DNA of 64,000 bases from Zygnema circumcarinatum SAG 698-1b (taxonomy: Eukaryota > Plantae > Zygnematophyceae): NCBI GenBank assembly GCA_037447605.1, contig CM074809.1:920689-984688 (forward strand). Direction: 5' to 3'. Positions 23,381 to 35,137 of the stretch are shown one piece after another. Position numbers and translations under genes: made by a program. The notes beneath the pieces are model-generated. The model worked only from the letters and a program-made list of their open reading frames with translations. It was not told the origin of the DNA and did no database searches. Position 1 is the stretch's first letter; each line of letters starts with the position of its first letter.

Positions 23381-26300
23381 TCAGTGCAGGCGCGTCAACT
23401 CTTCGATTCGCTTTGAGAGCTCTTCCACTGTGGAGTCCATGGAGGACGCAACCTCCTCCATCTTATCGCGCTTCAGGTCTAAAAAGGACTCTATTAGGTC
23501 TCCATCCAAGAAGTTCCTGGCCTCCACTGTTTTCCTTTCACTGCTGAAACTTCGCCACTGTTCGTGACTGAATCCTCCCACGCCTTTCACCACCTTTGTA
23601 AGACAAGTTTGCAACCTTTGGAGGAAGAGGAATTGGTCGTGGGGCAGAGATGCAATTACTCCGATCACTCCGTTTACTGTTGCGAATATTACAGTAGGAA
23701 TGTGAGCAGCTTCGGAATCCGGCAGACGCATGACAAGGGAACCATGGCGAAATCGGTTTACAAATTCTCCAAGATGGTATTCCCCCACGACCTGTAAAAT
23801 GGACAGAAAAAGGAAATGGAGCTTCCAATAAGTTCTTACATCTGGAGGCTTTCGAGTTAGGTCTATGAGGATCGTCGAATGTCCGCATTAACAGAGAGAG
23901 ACAGAGGGGAGAGCGTTGGAGGGGGAAAGGGAGAGCGAGTGGGAGAGAGCGAGGGAGGAGACCTCTAATCGGCTCCTCTCTTCATCGGTCGCTGCATCGC
24001 TGTTTTTTCGCACAGTGAAGAGGTTGAAGCTGTTCTCTGCTCCGAGAAAGGTATCATCATCCAAAATCTCCACCGCCGTCATCCAGTTGGCATTGAAGTC
24101 TCTCGCCCTCTCCTCTATGGCCCCCTCCTCAGGCTGCACCAAAACTCACCAAAAGTGTGCCTCCATTGTCAAAATTGAGATAAAATACAAACCTTCCAAC
24201 ACCCAATTCCATTATGGCGATTTCCAAAATTCTCATTAGAAACTGGAGAGCAATGTTTTACTCAGTAGTTCAGAATGGCCCAAAAGGTCCCCTTTTCACA
24301 CCTTATATATGAGAAGGCTGATGCTCTTCATGAGATCTCCCACCACGATGAAATCCCCCCTGCACTGCAAATAGAGGGCCAAAATGTGCCCGTGATGGCC
24401 GCATTCCGCCTGCAATTCTCGCGATCCGTCGTCTCTGAGAGCCCACTTGAAGAGCTGCACTTTCTGGTTGATGGACCCCAAAAGCTTTCCGTTGAACGAA
24501 TTGAGGCTATAAACTGCACCTTTCACCTCCTTCTCGTGCACGAGCTGCAGCTTCTGCTCTTCCACAATGAACACCAAAACGCGGCCCTGCAAAAGCACAA
24601 ACCACGGAACAGGCTCACATATGGACTGCAATGAGGGAGGGGAGGGAGAGGGAGAGGGAGAGGGAGAGGGAGAGGGAGAGGGAGAGGGAGAGGGAGAGAG
24701 GGAGAGGGAGAGGGAGAGGGAGAGGGAGAGGGAGAGGGAGAGGGAGAGGGAGAGGGAGAGGAGAGGGAGAGGGAGGGAGAGGGAGAGGAGAGGGAGAGGG
24801 AGAGGGAGAGGGAGAGGGAGAGGAGAGGGAGGAGGGAGAGGGAGAGGGAGAGGGAGAGGGAGAGGGAGAGGGAGGAGAGGGAGAGGAGAGGGAGAGGGAG
24901 AGGAGAGGGAGAGGGAGAGGGAGAGGGAGAGGGAGAGGGAGAGGGAGAGGGAGAGGGAGAGGGAGAGGGAGAGTGGAGAGGGAGAGGGAGAGGGAGAGGG
25001 AGAGGGAGAGGGAGAGGGAGAGGGAGAGGAGAGGGAGAGGGAGAGGGAGAGGAGAGGAGAGGGAGAGGGAGAGGGAGAGAGAGAGGGAGAGGGAGAGAGG
25101 GAGAGAGGGAGAGGGAGAGGGAGAGGGAGAGGGAGAGGGAGAGGGAGAGGGAGAGGGAGAGGAGAGGAGGGAGAGGGAGAGGGAGAGGGAGAGGGAGAGG
25201 GAGAGGGAGAGGAGAGGAGAGGGAGAGAGGGAGAGGGAGAGGGAGAGGAAGAGGGAGAGGGAGAGGGAGAGGGAGAGGGAGAGGGAGAGGGAGAGGGAGA
25301 GGGAAGAGGGAGAGGGAGAGGGAGAGGGAGAGGGAGAGGGAGAGGGAGAGGGAGAGGGAGAGGGAGAGGGAGAGGGAGAGGGAGAGGGAGAGGGAGAGGG
25401 AGAGGGAGAGGGCGAGGGAGAGGAGAGGGAGAGTGGAGAGGGAGAGGAGGAGGGAGAGGGAGGGAGGGAGAGGGAGAGGGAGAGGGAGAGGGAGGGAGGT
25501 CCACCTTGGTGGGTTCTGGCTCCTCATCCAAAGCATAGGCTGTGCCCACAACATAGTAAGTTGCCGGATCGTCGGAGAATGAACATGAGATGAGGGAGCA
25601 GCCATGTTCATAGGCATCGAGCTGAAACGAGCCCACGATTTCAAATGTCTGATCGTTGATAAGGCGAACATATGCAGTTTCCAAATCCTCTCCTGTATTC
25701 GAAAACTGCACCGTGTGAAGCCCACCCTCCTCGTGCTAACATCAGTGTTGAGCAATGCAGGAGTCGCCTTCTATGCAGGGAAGGAAGTATTGCAACAACC
25801 CAATGCGATAATAACACAGCACAGAAACATGCATATGCATCATTCTCACGTGTTGGTATTTGATGGACACAATCGCCAGAGTCCGGGAAGCTTCCTGGTG
25901 TGCAATCCGCCGCGGCTGCTCGCCTAAGGGCACAGCGCGAATGTGCAGCTTTTGGATCTCGTCAATGGTGCCGATAGTGAGCTCGCCCTCCTTCCCAATT
26001 GCAAGGCTGCAGATTCGGGCACACCACAACAAAGGGAGTTCAGAGTTTTGAAGGTTTTAGGGAGTTCTGGCAATGTGAAAAAAACTCGGTTTTCGGTTTG
26101 CAGAAACTGGTTTCCAGGATGATGATGATGGTGCGGACGATGTACCTGTCGGGGAAAGATGCAGAGTTGAAGGGGCACATATGGTTCACTTCCTTGAGAT
26201 TCACATTGCTGTAAAGCAGCTTCTTGTTGCTGCTGTAGATCACAGTGGGTCGGTCCGATGCTGCAAACACATGCGTTGCGTTTTTGGATCGGAATGTTCG

Positions 26301-28275
26301 CAGAGTGATTGGCTGTGTCCCAAGAGATATTTTCTTCCTATCGGATAAAGTTCCGGTTTGGGGGTCCACTACAAAATTGAACAAATGCCCATCACCCAAA
26401 GCCACCAGAAGGTACGGCACCTGCATTTCCAGCACCACCCATTAGTTCGACAACAAAACATGTCTATGCAAATACATACACATATATACAAAACCATACA
26501 TTAGAATTCATACTTGAGAACAAAGGGTACCGATTTTTACCGTCTCAAAGGAGCAGAAAAGCACGGAACGAGGAATAACCTCCCCTCCGAGATTCTCTTT
26601 CGCGATTAGGTCGAGTCCGGGCAGCGCAAAAATTCGCACGCTCATATCCGTCCACATGCCCACCGCTGCAAGGGCAGACTTTTCGTCTCCCTCCTGGAGG
26701 GGGTTTATGTCCAAACACGAAATTTCATATTCCAAGCCAATGAACTTCTTCTCGTGCAGCTCCCCCTGCCCGATTTCAAAATACACCAAGTTTCCTCCGC
26801 CCGTCGCTAGCAAGACCTGCACCTCCTCGTACAGGTAGTGGTGTAAGTAAGTGACTTTTTTCTCCAACCTCCCAAACAAAAAAGCATCACGAAGTCTACC
26901 CTCTTCCTTCTGTTCAATGTCCAATCCATTTCCTTTCAGTAAATCAAAACATCGACTCGTCTTCTCCAGTCCTCCTTCCATCCCCTGCACACATACATAC
27001 ATCCATACCTGCGAAGCATTGGCAGCTGCAACATTGATCGAAATTCCCGTGGAGGATTTCCACTCTTTCAGCTGCTGCAGACTGCCGGCGTGCACCAATC
27101 GCAGCGAGGCAGCTGTCACCTGCTCAGCCCATCACCCCTCCACATTCACACTCCCTCTCTCAAGCCCTAAAAGGACCCCTCAACGACTTCAACCTTTCTG
27201 CATGTGCAAACAATCATGATCATTCCCCGCGATCAACCCTCCATGTGCGATATACCCCAACTGAAACTGAAACTTCCTCGACTCAGCGCTCCCTATGCGA
27301 TCTACCCCAACTGAAACTGAAACTGAAATTTCCTCGACTCAACACCCCATCTGCGATCTACTCCAACTGAAACTGAAACTGACACTGAAACTGGCATGAC
27401 CTGCACGAGCTGGTCATGCAGTGCGTTGGCGCATAGCAGCGTCTGCGCGTCCGAGTCGAACCCGCCGATCTCCGTCTCCTCGAGCTCGTCCCCCTCGTTG
27501 ATCGCCAGCACGCGCGTCTCGCTGATGAACGAAACCACGAGGAAGGTGTCGCACGAGGCCGCGGAGGCCGCCCGGAGGGACCACATGCCCTTTATGCCGG
27601 GGAGCTCCGCCGTCGCCTGAAACAGGCCTCCACTCATTGCTTATGGTTAGTAAATGTGTGGGTTTGTATGAATTGGCCCTAAAAGGGGTGGAATTGTCAT
27701 AGGGGTGGAAGTACAAGGTCATGGAACAGGGCTCGAGGACTCCACTCATTGCTTATGGTTGGTAACTATGTGTGGGTTTGTATGAATTGGCCCTAAAAGG
27801 GGTGGAATTGTCAAAGGGGTGGAAGTACAAGCTCATGGAACAGGGCTCGAGGGCTCCACTCATTGCTTATGGTTAGTAAATGTGTGGGTTTGTATGAATT
27901 GGCCCTAAAAGGGGTGGAATTGTCATAGGGGTGGAAGTACAAGGTCATGGAACAGGGCTTCAGGGCTCCACTCATTGCTTATGGTTGGTAAATGTGTGGG
28001 TTTGTATGAATTGGCCCTAAAGGGGTGGAATTGTCATAGGGGGGAGGTGGCTACCTGCTCATTGATGCCGATTCCGTTGCGGACGATGCGGAGGGAGCCG
28101 TCCTTGTACGCCCCCGAGCAGGTGACGACCTGGCCCTGGCCCTGCCTCTCTAGGTCCACAACGCAAAAGTCCACAATGGGGCCCAAGTTGCTGAAACTCT
28201 CCAACACTTCCACGTAGCTGCCGTTCGGGCTCGGGGTGGGGGTCAGCTTCACCAGCTGCTCCCACATCCCAAAAG

Positions 28276-28313
<38 letters not shown>

Positions 28314-31300
28314 GATGGTATTTCATCTCAGGAAGTAATCAAACTCGTTCACACCCGTTGGAAGCAAAGACTAAGTCCAATGTTGTAATGATGGAATTTA
28401 GAAAACATTATCATGCAGGTTTCTCTCATGATGTCATGCTGAGACCTGCAGAGGCCCTCACCTGCGAGTCGCCATGACTAGAGCCCACAAAGACCACACC
28501 GTTGTCCAAATATGAGAGAGTGGAGGCTGCTGAAGTCTCTCCCAACTGCTCGATCTTCAAACCCAGCACCCTGCGCAGCGGAATCAACCCATTCAGGACA
28601 TTGGAGGAGGGGAAGAAAGGTCCACTTCTTGCTCCATAATAAGGGAGCCGCATGGACAGCATTAGGTTTGGAAGAGAACCGGACTTTTGTTGCGAGAAGA
28701 AAGTGCGGCCTACCGCTCCTTGTCGTGCGTGATGACGAGGAGGTGCAGCATTCCCATGTAATCGCTCAGCAAGTATCGCGACCCGTCGGGGTCTACCCTT
28801 CCGTAGGCCCTCGTGATGGACTGCGGCAGACCGGACCCAATGAAACAGCTCCACGTCAGCTAAAACTGATGAATAATCTCCTCGCAAACCATGCAACTTC
28901 CATGCAAATTACAAAATTGACGACAGAACAACGACAAGAACAACAACTGGAAACGGCTACAAAAGGACGATAAATGCGTCTGCACCACCCCTTTGGACTA
29001 TTGGGCTTCCGAAAACTGCACCTAGCCTGCCTTTGCCCGTGTCTGCACATACCTCTCCATTCCCTCTCCCTCTTCTTTCTTCCCCCTCCCCCTCCCCCTC
29101 CCCCTCCCCCTCCCCCTCCCCCTCCCTCCCCTCCCCCTCCCCCTCCCCCTCCCCCTCCCCCTCTCCCTCCCTCTCCCTCTCCTCTCCCTCTCCCTCGCCC
29201 TCTCACCCTTTCCAGAACTCTCATCTGTGATCGAACCATGCGACTAGGTGCGAGTGAGTGCGTGAGTGAGTGCGTGCGCCCTCCCTCCCTCTCACCGGGC
29301 GCATGCTGATGGCTTTGAACACCGCCCCGTTGTGGTACACGATGGTCTGCTCCCCCACGATGAGCGCACCACCCAGAGGTAACGGCACAGGGATGACCAG
29401 GCCCGCCCCGCTGTCGAGGTTGTTCTGCACCCACGGCCCGGGGGCGAAGTCCTTCTCCTTCAAGTTCACCTCGTATGTCTTCACGTGCCGAGCGTCTTTG
29501 TTGTCCTGCAAACAGAAACAGTACACAATGTTTTCAGACGGATAGGAGAACGATCTTGTGAAGGATTCGACCTCCTCTCTCTCTCTCTCTCTTTGTCTGG
29601 GCTTCTTCTCTCCCGCAAATTTTTCACTGGTCGACTCCGTCTGCCTGTTTCCAACAGCAAGGTTGATGACCAAAACATGGCACAATCAAGTAAGGCGTCT
29701 AAAGCAGGGTCCACAAACCGACCTGATAAAGGACGGCGATTACTGGTTTGGGCATTCCATACAGAAATTTTATGTCTATAACCTGGAGCTCCTCCAATCT
29801 GCACCACAGCTTTAAAAAAAAGGGAAATTAAAGTCACCCTTCAAATCCTTAGGCATTTGCTTGGTTCCCATGAAAAACTTTAGAATACGTTCTACCCAGC
29901 CATCATCTAGTGCAGAAGAAAGATCACCCTACTTGAGTCAATAGCCAACGCCTGCTATAAAACAGCACACACACAGACACACCTCTTTTGGCGAATGTTT
30001 ACCAACTCTAACTTGATTCCATTCACGTCACTAGCATCGAATACCAGCCAAAATACTGACCTGATGTTGAAAGCCTCCTTCAGGTTGCCTTTACTATCAA
30101 TGGGGATGACTTTAAAAAGTCCATCATAAAGATGGAGCCCAATCAGCCGGCACTCAGGATCAACAATGCCGATCTGCAAACTCCGAATCCCAAAGAGAAG
30201 CTCGTCTTCATTGCTGAAACCGTGCTCGGAAGAATGCCCACATGCAAACTAGGGGTTTGAACAGATACTGCTAACTGCTTGATCCATGTGACTGACCTCT
30301 CTGTGTGCAAACTGCGGCTCTCATGAGTGAGGAAGTAACGTAAAAGTGGCCCAGCTTTCCCACTTCTTGAATGCATTCTTGCCCATTGAGAATTCCCAAA
30401 GACCAATGGTAAATTACCTGCCCATTATCTGTTAGCCGGCCGATACGGTCCGCAACATCACCCATGGCTCTGCATGCCACCAGGAAATGGATTTTATTCT
30501 CTAAGTAATCCTCAAGTATTCTCTTTCAAGTCACATCACATCCGGAGTGTACAAGGGGCGTTGAAAAATCCCCGTGAATAAAAGCCTGAGCGGCAGGAAG
30601 GCTGGTAGCCCTTTTTTTATCACGTGGAGGGATGCACTCACTTCCAGGATCCGTTTAGTAAGCTGTTAACTACAATGCACTCTCTATAAGTAAGCACTTC
30701 CACCTGTTGGATTCTAAAGGACATGCTACTTTTTATCACCAGTCCCCTCGTAATATTGGTTGCATCACAGTTTATCTTGTCTGCAAGCAGGTCTTCACCC
30801 TGCGCACGTTGTTTTGCCAGGGAAGGCAAATACTAGGCAAAGATTCCATGCTCTGGGTTCACCGTAAATCTGTTGGTAAAGGGTATACTGCATTGACCTA
30901 ACTCACTTGTATAGCCCCGACCCATTGTGCCCTCTGAAAACCATTCCGTTCATGGGCTTCAGCCATTGCCTTCAGCTTCCCTTTTTCGAAGACACTAAGG
31001 ATGAGCTCCTAACTGAACAGCTTGAACCCATGTAGCTCAATATTAAGGTGCATTTAACTGCAGTAGTCCATTCTATACACGCTTTGTGTATAAGAATTGT
31101 GATTTCGCTGCTCATAAACAATTTTTAATATTCTGACTGTGCTCTAGCTTGCCTAGCGAGCAAATTTACGGGTTCAGGTCGCATAGTGAGATGTGCAAAA
31201 CCTCAAAACCACGAGTGCCCACCTTGTGATAAGCTCCCCCTTCTCCGAATCATACTCCAAAACGCAAAACTTGTAGCGTTCCGTACAGATAAAGAGCCAA

Positions 31301-32322
31301 TCCTTGTTCTCTGACTGCATGAAGTCCCGAAACCAACCGCTTCGTGAGCCAAACTAACCTAAACCCAGACTCAATGATTCTGGGCACTTGAGGCCATATA
31401 AGTTTTCTTGTGATTGGCTCAATCGTCAATTGAATTTTGAATTTGATTGAGCCCTATGTAACGCATGGAGGAGCCCGCGGAAAATGATATACTTACAAAA
31501 GGTCGATATAGTTCCAAAGTTGCAATCCGACCGTAAACAGGGACATCCAGGAGCGGCTGAATGCCCCCAAAAATGGACAGGAGGTAAGTTTTCTGCTCAC
31601 TTTATAGCTAACACGAATCAAGCATAACCATGTTAGCTTGACAATTTGACTAAAGCCAACTGCCACATGACTATCCGCGCCAGCTGTTCATCCCCCCTCG
31701 TAGTGCGAAGAAAAAAAGTATGCAAATAGATACCTTTCTTTAGATGGTCATGACTAACCGAAACTGAGGGCTTCAACCCCAAAAGTAAAAGACGCGGGAA
31801 AGCGCACCTGAAGGCCAGTTGGAGTGAGCAGATGAATCTCGATCCGAGTGCATTTTCTGATAACTGGTCAAGGATTAGTCTGCCCTTGCATTTCGATTCC
31901 AACGAAGCAGCAAGCGCACACCCCCAAGCCCGCATGACGCCGACTCCCAACTTCACACTACACACAACCAGCTGGCGTGATATAGAGTACCCCAATCACT
32001 TTTGCATGCTGCCTTGAAACCCTTCCTAAGAACATCATCAACAGCAGCAGCGAATCCCCAACCCTAAAAGACACTTCACACACCCGTGAGCCCCCCCTTT
32101 CCAAATTGCCACGTGGCAGCAGCTGCAAGATTAGCAGCCCCACGGAATTCCCCTTCAAGGACTCCCCCCACTCCTTTCTCCTGGTGCCACGTGGCAGCGG
32201 CACGCGACTAGAGGATACGCAACGATGAGGTTTAGGTCGGTGGAGCTCGTGAAATAGCCCACAGCCGAGTGCGTCACATTGGTCGGCTTGTGCGCAGTCA
32301 CGACATAGTTCCAGAGCGACAT
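23381..32322 (-). CDS. DDB1: DNA damage-binding protein 1 (CUL4 adaptor), multi-exon
   Basis: Start [24 protein letters not shown] at 32322. Then [134 protein letters not shown], and C-terminal [14 protein letters not shown]...IEELTRLH stop. Confidence 0.97.
24633..25498. repeat. (GAGAGG)n hexamer microsatellite of about 865 bp filling a DDB1 intron
   Basis: Seen directly. It lies inside intron 24587-25504. Confidence 0.97.
27248..27395. repeat. Three copies of a 50-56 bp tandem unit (cgatctaccccaactgaaactgaaac...) in a DDB1 intron
   Basis: Copies start at about 27248, 27298 and 27354. The intron spans 27120-27400. Confidence 0.85.
27628..28041. repeat. Minisatellite, about 3.7 copies of a 112-114 bp unit, filling a DDB1 intron
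   Basis: ctccactcattgcttatggtt... restarts at 27628, 27740, 27854 and 27966. The copies are near-identical. Confidence 0.95.
29060..29195. repeat. (CCCCCT)n-type microsatellite in a DDB1 intron
   Basis: Seen directly. Confidence 0.9.
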
Positions 32323-32540
32323 GGCGCCGGGAAGCGCTCTCTCTCTCCACAGGGGCTGCCTTTCTCCCGCTTAGCCCAAACTTCAGAATTTGATCCTCGC
32401 CGCGAGCTGAGAGGGAGGGGAAGGAGGAGGGCTCGCCCGCAAATCTCCGCCTTCGGAGAATTTCAGAGGAAGGTCTGCAGAGAGAAAGGGCCTCTCCTGC
32501 CTCGCCCAGCGCGGAGACGGCGGAGGAGGCGCCACGTGGC
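32108..32540. promoter_or_regulatory. Three perfect GCCACGTGGC G-boxes around the DDB1 start (two in intron 1, one upstream)
   Basis: Exact 10-mers at 32108, 32186 and 32531. Function is inferred. Confidence 0.5.
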
Positions 32541-35137
32541 TTTTCTCCCTCGCTCCCTCTCTGGGAGAGGGCACGAGGGGGGACGTACAGAGGCGTATCG
32601 ATATCGCTTGATATGTATCGTATCGTATTGGGGTATTTTAGATATGGTACGGGCTGTACGGTCGTGTGTGCTTGACAAGCACATTTGTTGAACATGCTTG
32701 TACATGCATTGAAATTGATTTTTTTTAAGAAATAATGATGGTAGAAGGATGATGTGGCATTGACCTCACGATGGCATGCATCGCCGTGAAATAATGTGCA
32801 TGGAAAACATCATGATGGGGAACCACGAGGAACTGGCCACGAAGGACCCAAAGACAAAAGAAAAAAAAACTATGAGTAAAGTGCTGCTTTTGCGAACCAG
32901 ACGAAAAAATAATAAATAATAATAATAATAATTTATTCGATTGGCGAATTACAATCCCAAATGTGATTTTACTCCTTTTCAAACCAAATGTTTTGGGGCA
33001 CATGTTCAAGTTGAGCATGTGTCCCAACTGTTGGGCGATAATATCGCAATATCGCCGGCGTATCGGTTGTGATGGACAGAAGGGCGGACCTCTGCGGCGT
33101 TGGAGTGCTCTCCCCTCCGTGAGGCGGTGGGCGGTCCGCAGGGATCGGGTGTCATTCTGTGGCCGCGGAGACTCTAAGGAGCGGGAACTTGTGAGGATGG
33201 AGATCGTGGGATGATGGGGGCGTGGAAGTCTGCGGAAGAGACTCGTTGGAATGGCGAGGCAGACAAGACTTCACACTTTTAGAAAGGTCTGGGTTTGCAG
33301 CGTATGGCAGCAGTGGTCAGGCTCAGGTAAGGACTGCGGAAGCTCGAGGCAGTCTGCAGGTGGATGGCGGGTTAGCAAGTAGGTGAAGGGGGGAGGCAGA
33401 AGGAGGGGCGAGTGGAGGAGCAGGAGGGGTGAAATGTGTGGGAGAAGGAACTGTGGGGAGCTGGAGGAGCGGAGGGGCAGGAGTGGCGGGAGGCACAGGT
33501 AGAAGGGGGGGGGGGGTGGGGGAGAGGAACAGAACAAGTAGGGAGGGTAGCAGAAGCAGGGAAGAAGGGAGAAGGGAATTTTGGGAGACGGGAAGGAGTG
33601 GGAGGGAGAATACGGAAGGAAGATTGGATGTGAAAGAGGCTGGAAGGGGAGCAGGAAGCGAGGGAATGGCAATAGGAGGAGTCGGAAGGGAAAGGGAATG
33701 GGAGGGAATGGGAGACGGAGTAAGTACGGGAGCAGGAGTGGGAGCAGGAGGAGGAATTGGAAAATCCGGAGGGGGGACTGTAAGAGCTGTAGTGGCAAAG
33801 GGAGGGACGGACGGTAGCAGGACGAGCGGGAATGTAAACAGAAAATTGTGATTAATGGGAAAGGAAACGTTCGGGGGAGGGAGGAGAGCGGGAGTGGGAG
33901 TGACAGAAATGGGGATTGGAGGTGGGGGAGGCGCAGCAAGCGTGGCATTAGTGGGGGCGGAAGGAGCAGGTGGAGTTGCGAGCCGCCTGAAAAAGACAGG
34001 AGCGACGGAAATTGGCAGTCGGGAACTCGAGGTGGCTGAGTAGGCAAGATATTAACATTACCGGCCAGCAAGAAATGGGAGAAGACATTGGGGAAAACAT
34101 CAAATTGTGGGCAATAGTCAAAAAGAACCACCTTCCGTGTGCAGCAACGATGCCACCTTTGTGCAGTTGCCAGCGCCAAAGAGAGGACAGGGTGTTAAAG
34201 CAATAGTGTGACAAGAGAGGCCTAAAATGTTAGTTCTTGTTGATGCACATCATCTGCGGCGAAGCTAAGCCAGTGCTTATTGTAAGAACGTTGAAGAGCT
34301 ACAGCTCAACGTTTCTTATAATCTTAGTTGGCGAGATATCGCTGCTGGCTGAACAAGGGCTAAGGTTAGTTATTTGTGCATATTGTCGGGCCAACAAGAC
34401 ATTCCGTAAAAGTTTAATGGGATAAGGGCAGATATGAGCATACAAACAGAAAACATAGCAGCCTTAACTGACTGTGCACCAGCCTTATAAGATCATTACA
34501 TGGCCTGTTCAGAGTCAGTAAGTGCCTCGGATCGGAATAAAGAAGCCCCCACAAAGTCTGGATGAGGATTCACAAAAAACACAAAGAAAACAATGCTTTG
34601 TCTCATATTTGTTTCATCGCATACGAGGTCACATGATACGAGTGATGCAGTCCTCGGAGCTCCATTGACCAGCGTCTGACAAGCGGCTTTTCCAAAAGTA
34701 ATTACAATGCGCCAAATGTAAGAATCACAGTCCCAGTTCCAGACCGTAACTAGCCTTATTGAATTATTCGCACGAGTACAACGGACCTCGTGACTTGCCA
34801 TATTTATCTACAAATCAGAAGCATGGAACAGCCACCTTCTGAAGGTCTCAAAATTCTTAACTCCTCAATCGGGTGAACCACTATATTCTCTGACGACTGT
34901 CCTCTTCACGTGGAGCCTGATGTTCGAAACATAAAAATCTCGCAAAGTAAAGAAAGAAAGCCAACGTTGCCTAGTTCCTCCTCCTTTCGTGCCGAGTCGA
35001 CCCTATTTCTCCTACCTGAAAAAGCTGCTTCACCGAACTCGCCTTATTTGCTCCCCTCTCTCTCTATACACTCTTCTGAGGTGCTTTGTTTCTACGGCCC
35101 AAATGCTTCCTCCCACAGCCTTGCGTGACGCCATTCT

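Noticed and set aside
24296-25755. Long (SP)n/(LP)n/(RE)n/(GE)n ORFs resembling extensins or RS proteins
   Set aside because: They are translations of the (GAGAGG)n microsatellite inside a GT-AG DDB1 intron. Only the flanking parts are real DDB1 exons.
27628-28041. Regularly spaced repeats resembling a CRISPR array
   Set aside because: The units are contiguous 112-114 bp copies with no unique spacers, inside a spliceosomal intron, and there are no cas genes.
33271-34179. 302-aa Leu/Pro-rich ORF from the track
   Set aside because: Pyrimidine-rich strands lack stops by composition, and this frame looks less natural than the alternative AP/TP-rich frame reported as a finding.
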